Positions 48,217 through 61,663 of a stretch of DNA of 64,000 nucleotides are shown here, piece after piece. The notes under the pieces were generated by a model that saw only the letters and a list, made by a program, of their open reading frames with translations, was not told the origin of the DNA and made no database searches. Where the stretch lies: the NCBI GenBank assembly GCA_040386535.1, contig JAZKFH010000009.1, forward strand, positions 273,296-337,295, written 5' to 3'. The first letter of the stretch is position 1. Every line of letters begins with the position of its first letter. Position numbers and translations under genes: made by a program. The stretch comes from Myxococcota bacterium (lineage in GTDB: Bacteria; Myxococcota_A; UBA796; SXON01).

Positions 48217-49502
48217 GCGAGTCCTCGCCCGCGCCCGAACGTGTCGATCCCCGCTTCGTCCAGCACCCGCTCTGGCTCACGTTCGCCAACGCCGACGTCG
48301 AGCGGGCGCGCTGGGCCGACTTCGCGGTCGAGATCCGCAACTCCGCGCGGGTCAGCGTCCTCATCCTCCTCGTGGTGTTCTCGGCCTTCGTCCTGAACGA
48401 CCTCGCGCTCTTCCCCCACGAGCTCCCCAAGCTCCTGGCGATCCGCTTCGGCGTGGTCGTGCCGAGCCTCCTGGTGGCGCTCGTGGCCGCGACCTGGCCG
48501 CGCGCCGTGCCGCTTCTCCGGCGCTACATCCAGGAGTACCTCCTGGCCCTCGCGAGCGTCGGATGTGGCGGCATGGTCGCGATGGGTTGGGTCATGGCGC
48601 CGAGCGCCACGCCGCAGCGGGTGTGGGTCGCGGGGCTCGGCTACCTGGTGTGCCTGATGGGCGTGTACGGCTTCTCGCGCCTCCGCTTCGGCTACGCCGT
48701 CGCGCTCGGTCTAGGCACCTCCCTGCTCTCGCTGGTCCTGCTCCTGCGCGCGCCGCCCATCCCCGGCATCGCGCCCGCGCTCGCGACGTTCGGCCTGGTG
48801 ATGAACCTCGCGGGAGCCTGGACCACCCGCACCTTCGAGACCCTCGGCCGGCGCGAGTTCGCCCAGCGGCAGCTCCTGGCCGAGGCCCGCGCGCGGTCCG
48901 AGGTGCTCCTGCGCAATGCCCTCCCCGCCGACGTCGCCGAGCGCCTGCGCGACGCGGGGGGCGAGCGCGTCGTCATCGCCGACCGCTACGAGTCGGTCAC
49001 CGTCGTGCTGGCCGACATCGTCGACTTCACCCCCCTGTGCGACCGGCTCCCCGCCGAGGCCATCGCGGCGCTCCTCGACAGCCTGTACGGCCGCTTCGAC
49101 GCGCTGTGCGAGGCCCACGGCGTCGAGAAGATCAAGACACTCGGCGACGCCTGGCTCGCGGCCGCCGGCGTCCCCCGCGCCCGCCCCGACCACGCCGAGG
49201 TCGCCGCGCGGCTCGCCCTCGAGATGCGCGCGGTCGCCGAGCAGATCGGGCCGGCGCTCCGCATCGGCATCCACACCGGCCCTGCCGTGGCCGGCGTGAT
49301 TGGGCGCACCCGCTTCGCCTACGACCTCTGGGGCGACGCCGTCACGGGCGCCGCCGCGATGGAGCGTGGCAGCCGCCCGGGAGGCATCCGCGTGAGCCCC
49401 GCCACTGCCGCGCGGCTGGCGGGGGCGTTCGTGTTGGTCGACGATGGGACCGGTACATGGCTGATGGGGGAGCGGGCGGGGGTGGAGCTCAGAGCGTCGT
49501 AG
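48213..49502 (+). CDS. 6TM class III adenylate cyclase subunit, C1-like (both metal Asp present; N/R absent)
   Basis: Six TMs, SEVLLRNALP, LADIVDFT, IKTLGDAW, YDLWGDAVTGAAAME. ATGA overlap with the upstream cyclase gene. Confidence 0.92.
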   Translation: MSESSPAPERVDPRFVQHPLWLTFANADVERARWADFAVEIRNSARVSVLILLVVFSAFVLNDLALFPHELPKLLAIRFGVVVPSLLVALVAATWPRAVPLLRRYIQEYLLALASVGCGGMVAMGWVMAPSATPQRVWVAGLGYLVCLMGVYGFSRLRFGYAVALGLGTSLLSLVLLLRAPPIPGIAPALATFGLVMNLAGAWTTRTFETLGRREFAQRQLLAEARARSEVLLRNALPADVAERLRDAGGERVVIADRYESVTVVLADIVDFTPLCDRLPAEAIAALLDSLYGRFDALCEAHGVEKIKTLGDAWLAAAGVPRARPDHAEVAARLALEMRAVAEQIGPALRIGIHTGPAVAGVIGRTRFAYDLWGDAVTGAAAMERGSRPGGIRVSPATAARLAGAFVLVDDGTGTWLMGERAGVELRAS

Positions 49503-49505
49503 ACC

Positions 49506-50621
<1,116 letters not shown>

Positions 50622-50696
50622 GGCAGACCTCGGTGGGAGAAGGGCGCGGAGGATACACGATCGCATCCGCGCCCAATCCGAGCGGCCGCCGGCTCC

Positions 50697-52109
50697 TCAC
50701 TCCCCGACGTAGACGATTCTCCAAATCCGCCCACGCGCATCGTCCGATACGTACACCGCTCCGTCACGTCCCTGCGCGAGCCCCGTGGGGCGGCTGTTCT
50801 CCGGCGCGTCCTCGTCGTTCGGGTTCGGCGCGAAGCCGTCGGCGAACACCTCGAAGGGGCCGGTGGCGTGCCCGTCCCCGAGGGGTTGGAACACCACGTT
50901 GAAGCCGCCCTGTGTCAACGGCGCGCGGTTCCACGAGCCGTGGAAGGCGAGGAACACGCCCTCCTGGTAGCGGTCCGGGAACATGCGGCCCGTGTAGAAC
51001 ATCATCGCGTTCGGCGCCCAGTGCCCCGGGAACCAACCCACGTTCTGGTCGAACGCGACACATCGCCCCACCGTGACGCCGTCCCCGCCGTACTCGGGGG
51101 CGAGCACGCGCGCCTCCAGACGGGGGTCGAAGTAACAGTAGGGCCAGCCGTAGTCGTCTCCGCGGTTCACCTGGAACAGCTCCTCCGCGGGCACCTCGGC
51201 GTTGTCCTCGGCGGTGAACTCGAGGTGCTCCCACTCTCCCAGGTTGTCGCGTCCGTGCTGGGCCACCCAGAGGGTGTCGTCGTCAGGGTTGGTGGTGATG
51301 GCGACGGCGTTGCGGATGCCCCTGGCGAAGTGCTCGGCCCCGGCCTGTGTTTGTCCGGGCATCCGCGCGTCGAACCGCCAGATCCCCGCGGTGGTGTCGA
51401 GCTGGGGGCAGGGGTCGAGCCCCGCGACGTCGGGCTCGCGGTCGTGCTCCGCCGGCTGACACGCGTCCGTGGGCGAGCCGACGTTGACGTATATGCTGCC
51501 GTCGCGCGTGATCGCGAAGTTGCGTGTCTTGTGGCCCGGGGCCCCGCTGGGGAGGTCTGCCACGATGGTCTCCGGCGGGCCCTCGGGCGAGAGGGAGTCC
51601 TGGTGGCGTGGGTAACGCTCGATGATCGTCGGCTCGGTCTCCGGGTTGGGAGGTTGGTGGTCGACATACAGGTGGCCCTCGAACAACGCCACGTGCGAGG
51701 CCCCGAACCCATCGGCGAACTTTCCCTTCTCGTCAGCGTGGCCGTCGCCGTCGGTGTCACGCAACGCCCACACCCCGTTGCCGTCCTCGCCTGCCACGAA
51801 AACGTCCCCGTTTGCCGCCACGTCGAGCTGCCGCGCGCCGGTCACCCCGTCGGCGAAGAGCGTGGCGCAGAACCCCGCGGGCAGCGTGATTCCGCCGTTG
51901 TCCGGATCACAGGGGGGCCGGTCGGTCGGGCGAGGCGAGGGGCCGGGGGAGGGGAGGGCGACGGCGGAGGGCGTCTCGGGGTCGGGGGCAGCGGGCCCGG
52001 GCGAGGGGGCCCCGGCCGGCGCGGCGCAGGCCCCGGCCGTCACGAGGCAGATCAGCCGTGCGATGGTGTTCGGGACTCGGCTCCCGGAGGCTGAAACACG
52101 GGTGTTCAT
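50697..52109 (-). CDS. PQQ-dependent sugar/L-sorbosone dehydrogenase family protein
   Basis: LPAGFCATLFA, DTDGDG, GHKTR, YVNVGS, ARGIRNAV, YGWPYCY, AFHGSWNR, RPTGLA, YVSDD..GRIWRI. Confidence 0.9.
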   Translation of the reverse strand: MNTRVSASGSRVPNTIARLICLVTAGACAAPAGAPSPGPAAPDPETPSAVALPSPGPSPRPTDRPPCDPDNGGITLPAGFCATLFADGVTGARQLDVAANGDVFVAGEDGNGVWALRDTDGDGHADEKGKFADGFGASHVALFEGHLYVDHQPPNPETEPTIIERYPRHQDSLSPEGPPETIVADLPSGAPGHKTRNFAITRDGSIYVNVGSPTDACQPAEHDREPDVAGLDPCPQLDTTAGIWRFDARMPGQTQAGAEHFARGIRNAVAITTNPDDDTLWVAQHGRDNLGEWEHLEFTAEDNAEVPAEELFQVNRGDDYGWPYCYFDPRLEARVLAPEYGGDGVTVGRCVAFDQNVGWFPGHWAPNAMMFYTGRMFPDRYQEGVFLAFHGSWNRAPLTQGGFNVVFQPLGDGHATGPFEVFADGFAPNPNDEDAPENSRPTGLAQGRDGAVYVSDDARGRIWRIVYVGE

Positions 52110-52252
52110 GGCCTCGGAGTAGGCACCTCGCGGAGTGGGGGAAGACCCGGTCGCCTCCTCCGGGGGCGGCCACGGCGCCTGCACGACGCCGCGCGGCTCG
52201 AGGCCACCCTCTGGAGGGGTGTGTGCCATAGTGCCGGCGATCGGAGTCCCTG

Positions 52253-53284
52253 ATGTTCGCGTTTTTGTTTCTCGCCTGCGCGCCGCACCGCCCGCCGTCC
52301 GCGGGAGCCGCTGCCACCTCCCCCGGCGAGGCGGAGCAACGCGCGTCTTGTGACGCAGGCGATCTCGGGGGCTGCATGCAGCTCGTCGCCATGCTGGAGG
52401 GCGAGGCGCCGAGCCCCGCCCGCATCCGCGAGGCGATCGATCTGTCGTCGCGGGCCGCCCTCCAGCATCCCGTGGCCGCCCAGGCCGCGGTGCTCGTCGC
52501 CAACACGCACCCCGACATCGCGACGCCCGAGGAGCGCGCAGCCGCGTGGAGGCGTCTCTGCCAGGACCAGGAGTTCCCCGCCGCCTGTGCCGTCGGGGGT
52601 TGGGAGCTCGCGCTGGAACGCCCGGAGGACGCGCGCGCGTTGTGGGCCACCGGTTGCGAGCTCGGCCTCCCCCACCTCTGCGCGCCCGCGTCCCCCACGG
52701 ATGTCGTCTCCGTGACGTTGCCGCCCGCGTTCACCAGGCGCCTCGAGGAGCTCGGCGCGTCGTTCCACATGCCCGTCGGCTTCGACGTGATCCCGACGCC
52801 CGACAACCCGCGGTTCCAGCCCGAGTTCGCCATCCGCTCCGACGATGGGCGGGTGGAGGTCTGGTACGCCCTTCGGGATGACAGCCAATTCATGGACACC
52901 AGCGACGAGTGCCAGGACAAACCCGGGTGTGTGTCGGCGGACTTCCTGCGCATCGAGCAATCGATGGCCTGGGCCATGCTCGGAAACGTCGCGCAGATCC
53001 CCCCCGACAAGATGGTCATGGGCGCGTTCCCGGCGCTCCCCGTCCGCCTCGAGTTCAACGCCCACTGGGGCCTCTCGGGGAGCACGGTCGCCGACTGGCC
53101 CGGCCGGCCGGCGTTGACCCTCAACGTGCTCCACCGCGATCCCGCCGCGAATCTCTACGTGTTGTTCGTGTTCCACGACATCACCGCCATCACGGAGTCA
53201 GGCGGGAACGACGCGCAGACGAGGGCGTTCCACAGCCTGCGCTTCACCGAGCCGGTGGGGCTCGGAGGGACCTGGCTGCAATGA
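52253..53284 (+). CDS. Lipoprotein with Sel1-like Cys-pair helical repeats
   Basis: Lipobox FLAC. SCDAGDLGGC, LCQDQEFPAAC, GCELGLPHLC. Confidence 0.7.
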   Translation: MFAFLFLACAPHRPPSAGAAATSPGEAEQRASCDAGDLGGCMQLVAMLEGEAPSPARIREAIDLSSRAALQHPVAAQAAVLVANTHPDIATPEERAAAWRRLCQDQEFPAACAVGGWELALERPEDARALWATGCELGLPHLCAPASPTDVVSVTLPPAFTRRLEELGASFHMPVGFDVIPTPDNPRFQPEFAIRSDDGRVEVWYALRDDSQFMDTSDECQDKPGCVSADFLRIEQSMAWAMLGNVAQIPPDKMVMGAFPALPVRLEFNAHWGLSGSTVADWPGRPALTLNVLHRDPAANLYVLFVFHDITAITESGGNDAQTRAFHSLRFTEPVGLGGTWLQ

Positions 53285-53318
53285 ATCGGGGTATCCGTCG
53301 GCTGACTTGGGAGCCGTC

Positions 53319-53375
53319 TGGGCGACCAACGTTGGGCGCGGTGCCTCGGCGCCCCGAGCCGCGCCGACCGCGCCC
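53319..53375. repeat. 57-bp dispersed hairpin repeat, copy A
   Basis: 52/57 identical to 63027-63083. Arms gggcgcggt...accgcgccc. Confidence 0.85.
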
Positions 53376-53508
53376 GGTAGAGCACCCGGGTCCTCCGAGC
53401 GGCCTCCCGGGCCGGGTCACCCTCCCGCCCTGGGGCCGCATGCAGCCGATCGAGCGCGTGAATCGCAACGGCGCCCGCGTGTCGCTGCGCGCCGGGTCAG
53501 CGTGGCTC

Positions 53509-53710
53509 GTGACCCCCCGACGCGCCGCAGGCCGGCAACGCGGACCTGCCGCCCGGGGCGGCGCTGTCCGCCTACGTCGAGCGCGTGTTCCTCGGCTGCG
53601 AGACACTCGCCGAGCCGATCGAGGAGCAGGTGGTGCCCGACGAACAGGCGTTCCAGGAAGAGGTCGGGCTCTCGCCGAAGCAGGCGTGCCGGATGGTGCG
53701 GCTGCGGTAA
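53509..53710 (+). pseudogene. Internally deleted AraC-family regulator remnant
   Basis: Frame 53513-53710 reads ...LPPGAALSAYVERVF...EQVVPD joined directly to EQAFQEEVGLSPKQACRMVRLR*. No in-frame start at the 5' end. Confidence 0.6.
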
Positions 53711-53859
53711 GCCTCGCGGCACTGCTCGATCCGCGGCATCCGCTCGCCGAGGTCGTCACGGATGTCGACGGCCGGTGGATCCCGCCGTTCGAGATGTAGG
53801 CGCGCGCCGATGCGGCCCCGCGCGTCGCGCCGGAGTACATCTCCGAGGGGATCTCGCGC

Positions 53860-54285
53860 ATGACCGACATGACCACGCCGGGCCGACGTTTCGAGGGCGT
53901 GCACTGCACGTTGGACATCTCCCGCCCGCGGGACCGCGTCGTCCTCGTCACCATCAGCGGGACCGACGTCGGCGAGCTCGGCGATGCCCCGTTCAAAGCG
54001 CTCGAGTCCGACCTCGCGGACGCGCGCCCGCTGGAGCTCTTCATCGACACGAGGGACACTCGCGGCGCGTCCATCGGCGTGAGCCAGGACTGGGCGATGT
54101 GGCTGCAACGCAACCGCGAGCGGTTCCTGCGCGTCACGATGCTCCCGGGCTCGCGCTACATCCAGGTCACCGCCGACTTCGTCCGCCGCTTCGCGGACCT
54201 GGGCGACTGCATGTACATCACCACGGACACCCGGGCGTTCGACTCCGCGCTCGCCGCCGCCGTTCAGGGCGACTCGGCGCGGTAG
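53860..54285 (+). CDS. Hypothetical protein (STAS/SpoIIAA-like alpha/beta pattern)
   Basis: VVLVTISG, LELFIDTRD, VSQDWAMWL. Coding-like composition. Confidence 0.65.
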   Translation: MTDMTTPGRRFEGVHCTLDISRPRDRVVLVTISGTDVGELGDAPFKALESDLADARPLELFIDTRDTRGASIGVSQDWAMWLQRNRERFLRVTMLPGSRYIQVTADFVRRFADLGDCMYITTDTRAFDSALAAAVQGDSAR

Positions 54286-54327
54286 GGCGCGAGCCGCCGG
54301 AGGGCCGCCCACCCCTGGTCCTCGGCC

Positions 54328-54783
54328 CTACGGTGCCGTGAGGGCCGCCGCGGTCGCCGGCCAGCCCTTCGCCGTGGCAATCTGGACGGGCGTCTGCTCG
54401 TCGCCGGTCGCCGCGGCGGACCACCCCGCGGCGCGGAGCAGCACTACGAGCTCCGCGCTGGCCGCGTCGTCCTCCTTGCCCCACTTCACCGCCTCCCAGA
54501 TGGCGTTCTCACCGTTCGGGCACGTGGCGGGCGTCACCCCGTGCGCGAACGCGACCCGGACGAACGCGAGCGATTGGCCAACGATCGCACACTGGCGACG
54601 CTCGACGGGCAGGCTCTCGGCGCGGAGATCGGCCCCCGCGTCGAGCAGCAACGCCAGGGCCGCCTCGTTGTCGTACTGGGCGGCCCGGGAAACGGCCTGG
54701 TCGAGGTCCGCCCGGTCGGGAGCGTCGGAGAGCTCGGCCCGCAGGGCGCTCACGTCCTCGTAGGTGTAGTAGGCATTCCACAC
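54328..54783 (-). CDS. Ankyrin-repeat-like protein, possibly N-terminally interrupted by an in-frame TAG
   Basis: AAQYDNEAALALLLDAGAD, GENAIWEAV, QTPVQIATAKG..TAAAL. Confidence 0.65.
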   Translation of the reverse strand: MWNAYYTYEDVSALRAELSDAPDRADLDQAVSRAAQYDNEAALALLLDAGADLRAESLPVERRQCAIVGQSLAFVRVAFAHGVTPATCPNGENAIWEAVKWGKEDDAASAELVVLLRAAGWSAAATGDEQTPVQIATAKGWPATAAALTAP

Positions 54784-54951
54784 CTCGGCGGGCTTCTACC
54801 CGGCGGCGGACGCCTCGGGTCCGAACAGTTCTGTTCGAAGGAGCGCGCCTGCTACTCCCGCCGCCACTCTCCACATCCCGTCACTGCCGGTGCCCGACGG
54901 GTTGCCCCACCCCCCCGGGGGAGCTAAGCGGCGCGCGCTCTCGGGGTCAGC

Positions 54952-56049
54952 ATGGGTGGCATCCTCCTCTTGGAAGACGGACGCTCCTTCCGGGGCGACG
55001 CATTTGGCGCTCCCGCAACGAAGGTGGGGGAGATCGTCTTCAACACGGCGATGACCGGGTACCAGGAGGTCCTCACCGACCCCTCGTACCGCGAGCAGAT
55101 CGTGGTGATGACGACCGCGCACGTCGGAAACTACGGCGTCAACGGGGAGGACGTGGAGTCCGACGCCGTGCAGGTCTCCGGCTTCGTCGCCCGGCACTTC
55201 TCGCCGATGGCGTCGAACCACCGCAGCACCGGCACGCTCGAAGGTTACCTCGCCGCCGCCGGGGTCCCCGGGGTGCACGGCATCGACACGCGCGCGCTCG
55301 TGCGCCACATCCGCGCCAAGGGCGCCATGCGCGCGGCCATCTCGACCGAGGGCCTGGACGAGGCGGAGCTCCGCGCCCGCATCGAGGCGTGGCCCGGCAT
55401 GGTCGGGCGGGACCTCGTGAGCGAGGTCTCCACGAAGGTGCGCTACACGTTCGCCGAGAACAGCATCGTGGGCGCGCCGCGCATCCACACGCTCGACGGC
55501 GGCGTGAAGCGGAACCTCCTCCGCCTGTTCGCGCAGGCCGGCTGCCACGTCGAGGTGTTCCCCTCGACGACCGTGGCCGAGGAGCTCCGGGACGGCGCGG
55601 ACGCCGTGTTCCTCTCCAACGGCCCCGGTGACCCCGCGGCGCTTCCGGGCATGGTGCGCGAGGTCAAGAAGCTCCTCGGCAAGACGCCGGTGCTGGGCGT
55701 CTGCCTCGGCCACCAGCTCCTCGGGCTGGCCCTCGGCGCCGACACGTTCAAGCTCCGCTTCGGCCACCGCGGCGGCAACCACCCGGTGCGCGACAGCGAG
55801 ACCGGGCGGGTCGAGATCACCAGCCAGAACCACGGCTTCTGCGTCGATCCCGCCGGGGTCGAGCGCGCCGGCGCACGCATCACCCACGTGAACCTGAACG
55901 ACCAGACGCTCGAGGGCTTCGTCCACGCCGACCTCGGCGTCATCGCCGTGCAGTTCCACCCCGAGGCCGCCCCCGGCCCCAACGACTCGGCCCACCTCAT
56001 CCTCGACCGCTTCCTGCGCTTCGCCGGCACCTCCCGGAAGGACTCCTAG
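54952..56049 (+). CDS. carA: Carbamoyl-phosphate synthase small subunit
   Basis: GEIVFNTAMTGYQEVLTDPSY, LSNGPGDP, GVCLGHQ, TSQNHGF, QFHPEAAPGPND. Confidence 0.98.
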   Translation: MGGILLLEDGRSFRGDAFGAPATKVGEIVFNTAMTGYQEVLTDPSYREQIVVMTTAHVGNYGVNGEDVESDAVQVSGFVARHFSPMASNHRSTGTLEGYLAAAGVPGVHGIDTRALVRHIRAKGAMRAAISTEGLDEAELRARIEAWPGMVGRDLVSEVSTKVRYTFAENSIVGAPRIHTLDGGVKRNLLRLFAQAGCHVEVFPSTTVAEELRDGADAVFLSNGPGDPAALPGMVREVKKLLGKTPVLGVCLGHQLLGLALGADTFKLRFGHRGGNHPVRDSETGRVEITSQNHGFCVDPAGVERAGARITHVNLNDQTLEGFVHADLGVIAVQFHPEAAPGPNDSAHLILDRFLRFAGTSRKDS

Positions 56050-59231
<3,182 letters not shown>

Positions 59232-59235
<4 letters not shown>

Positions 59236-59260
59236 GTCGGGAGCCGATCTCCCGGCCTAC
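59232..59260. terminator. Hairpin between convergent genes, possible bidirectional terminator
   Basis: gtaggtcgggag-ccgat-ctcccggcctac: 12-bp stem with one G-U/mismatch, no U-tract. Confidence 0.5.
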
Positions 59261-60657
59261 GGCTGGACGCGGATCAGCTCGACGCCGCCGAAGTCCCGTC
59301 CCGCCAGCCCGTAGAGCACGTCCCCCACGGTGACGAGCTCCCCGCCGGCGCACTCGTTCACGTCGCAGGGCGTGTCGGGAAAGGTCCAGACGGGCGGGTC
59401 CACGCTGCTGACGACGGGGATCGAGCGTGTCTCGGCGCAAGTGCGGGCCATGTACCTGCCGGCGATGCGGCCGTCCGCGAGCGGCAGGGCATGGCTCGTC
59501 AGGATTGAGGGGTGGGCAACCGAGCGCCAGGCCGCTTCGGCGAACGACCAGGTCTCGATCCGGCCCTCGACGTTGATCATGACGGACTCGCCGTTGCCGT
59601 AAATCCAAACCTGGGTTTCCAGCGCGGCTCCGTCCGCCGCGAAGAGGGGGCCGACCGCGGCCGTCGCGAGATCGAGCGTGTGCGGCGTCCCGGCGGCGCC
59701 CGAGTGGTAGGGCTGGAGCCACGCCGTGTCACCATGGACGTAGCCGGAGAGGAAGCGCGTCTCCGGGTCCTGGGAGAGCGACAGCGGCGTGGCCGAGCCG
59801 TCGGCAGGGTCGATGCGCCAGGCGCGGAGCGGGTTCGGGGACCAGACGATCGGATCGCCGTCACTGCCGAGGAGCCCGAAGGACTGCCCGTCCGCCTCGG
59901 CGGGCAGCGCGACCTCGGTCACCGTGGCGGTGACCGGATCGACGAGCCAAAGGCGCGAGACTGCCGTGCGCGCATCGACGGTGAGGACGGCGAGCACGTC
60001 GCCCGCCGCGACGGAGTGCGTCACGTCCGTGAGCGTGCCGTCGCCCCACAACGAGGCGCGGGTGATCGCCATCGGCGCGAACGCCACGTCCACGCCCAGC
60101 TCGTCCACGAACGCATCGTAGACGTGCGCGCGGACCCAGGCCTCGGCGTCCCCCACGGGGGAGGCCGCGCCGCAAAGCGTGGCGGCGAGCTCCTCCTCGG
60201 CGACTGCGCGGGCTCCGAGCCCGCAGGCCCCCGCGAAGGCCTCGCCGGTGCGGTCGTCCTCCGTCGGATACGCGGGGTGCTCCGGGACCGAGTCCGGCGG
60301 GAAGAGGTCCGGCCGCTCGGCCGAGGGCCTCCCCTCGGTCCAGTCCCAGGCGTGGCACAACTCGTGGAGGGTGGTCTCCCGAACGGAGACGGCGTGCGGC
60401 TCGACGAGCACCCGGTCCCCGACGTACAGGCCGGAGGCGGCGTCGATGGGCACCTCGTCCACGAGCGCGACTTCCATCAGGCACAGGCCCGGCCGGCTCG
60501 TCCAGCTCGCGAAGTCCGCGAAGGCCTGCCGCACCTCCTCCAGCGCGTCCGGATCGCCGACCTCGTCGACGAGCTCGGTCTCCGCGAAGGTGGGGCACGG
60601 CGCCTCATCGGGCGGGCGGCAGCCGACGAGCAGGATCATCGGACAGCAGCGCCACAT
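59257..60657 (-). CDS. Lipoprotein with an HExxH zinc-peptidase motif and a C-terminal beta-propeller-like region
   Basis: LLVGC lipobox, TLHELCHAWD, downstream EAFA. TATACT and GGAG upstream. Confidence 0.7.
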   Translation of the reverse strand: MWRCCPMILLVGCRPPDEAPCPTFAETELVDEVGDPDALEEVRQAFADFASWTSRPGLCLMEVALVDEVPIDAASGLYVGDRVLVEPHAVSVRETTLHELCHAWDWTEGRPSAERPDLFPPDSVPEHPAYPTEDDRTGEAFAGACGLGARAVAEEELAATLCGAASPVGDAEAWVRAHVYDAFVDELGVDVAFAPMAITRASLWGDGTLTDVTHSVAAGDVLAVLTVDARTAVSRLWLVDPVTATVTEVALPAEADGQSFGLLGSDGDPIVWSPNPLRAWRIDPADGSATPLSLSQDPETRFLSGYVHGDTAWLQPYHSGAAGTPHTLDLATAAVGPLFAADGAALETQVWIYGNGESVMINVEGRIETWSFAEAAWRSVAHPSILTSHALPLADGRIAGRYMARTCAETRSIPVVSSVDPPVWTFPDTPCDVNECAGGELVTVGDVLYGLAGRDFGGVELIRVQP

Positions 60658-60736
60658 CGGGAAGTCTCCTGGAGGAGTATACCCGGCTCGTCGCGAGCAA
60701 AGCGTGATAGGTCACGACGCTCGCCAGGACCCGATA

Positions 60737-61060
60737 GTGCTCCACATCTTCGTTCTGCTCGCTTGCGCCGAAGCGCCCACGGACACCACCCCGGACCCGG
60801 TGGTCTGCGGGGCGGACTACCACCAGTCCGACCTGGAGGCCGACATCCGGGGCGCCTACTGCGAATGGCAGGTGGAGTGCCTCGGACTTTTTGGCGACGT
60901 GCCCAGCTGTGGGGACTTCGTCACGGACGAATCCATCCTCGAGGACATCGATCCGTGCCGGCTCCAGACGTGCGCCGCCTGGCTCACCAGCGCCGCCTAC
61001 GTCTGCGAGACGAAGGAGGCGGTGGAGACGCCGGACGAGTGCGGGGACCCGTTCCTGTAG
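60737..61060 (+). CDS. Small Cys-rich acidic lipoprotein
   Basis: VLHIFVLLAC lipobox and 8 further Cys. Confidence 0.65.
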   Translation: MLHIFVLLACAEAPTDTTPDPVVCGADYHQSDLEADIRGAYCEWQVECLGLFGDVPSCGDFVTDESILEDIDPCRLQTCAAWLTSAAYVCETKEAVETPDECGDPFL

Positions 61061-61080
61061 AGTTCGGACGGGAGGTGATC

Positions 61081-61554
61081 TTGGCGCGCTGGGACACACG
61101 GATCTGGTGGCTCTGGTCGCTGACGATCGGCCTCGCCGCCTGCAACAGCAACGAGTGCCAGGGGGTGGGTGCGAAGCTCGAAGCGGCACGGTTGGTGAGC
61201 ACCGATGTCGCGGGTGAGCTCCTCACTCCGGGCGCGATCTTGGGTGTCACCGAGCAGGGAGAGTTGGTGCGGACCTGGGAGGAGGCAGGATTCGCCGGCT
61301 TGGCGGAGCCCCCAACTCTCGCCGAAGGGCAGCAGGTCGTCTTCTTTCGGCCGGGCCTCTCGGGCGCGTGTGGCACGGAGGACATCACCGGCTTCTTCTC
61401 GGTTGATACACGAACGCTTCGGGTGTCGATCCTGAGCCACGCGGCCTGTGGTGGCTCGTGTGACTGCGCGGGGCCTACCAACTCCCTGGAGGCGTGGCTC
61501 GTACCCGGAAGCGGCGCGCTCGTCGCCTGCCGGCATGGCGACGGGTGCCTGTGA
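61081..61554 (+). CDS. Small Cys-rich lipoprotein
   Basis: GGAGG before TTG 61081. LAAC lipobox, CGGSCDC. Confidence 0.6.
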   Translation: MARWDTRIWWLWSLTIGLAACNSNECQGVGAKLEAARLVSTDVAGELLTPGAILGVTEQGELVRTWEEAGFAGLAEPPTLAEGQQVVFFRPGLSGACGTEDITGFFSVDTRTLRVSILSHAACGGSCDCAGPTNSLEAWLVPGSGALVACRHGDGCL

Positions 61555-61663
61555 GGGGGGGGCGTGCGTCGGGTGGCGCCCCCGCGGAGGCTCGGACAGA
61601 CATCCGCGCCCCGTCCGGCGCCCTGGTGTTGGAGGTGTCAGCCTACGGACGCGTCGAGCGGCG

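Noticed and set aside
46912..49502. Both cyclase genes as decaying pseudogenes, or as guanylyl cyclases
   Set aside because: The frames are intact and coupled, and the losses are exactly complementary. The Lys/Asp specificity pair indicates ATP, not the Glu/Cys of guanylyl cyclases.
54823..54836. Second SOS box (gaacagttctgttc)
   Set aside because: The spacing is N6, not N4, and it lies in a probable coding segment.
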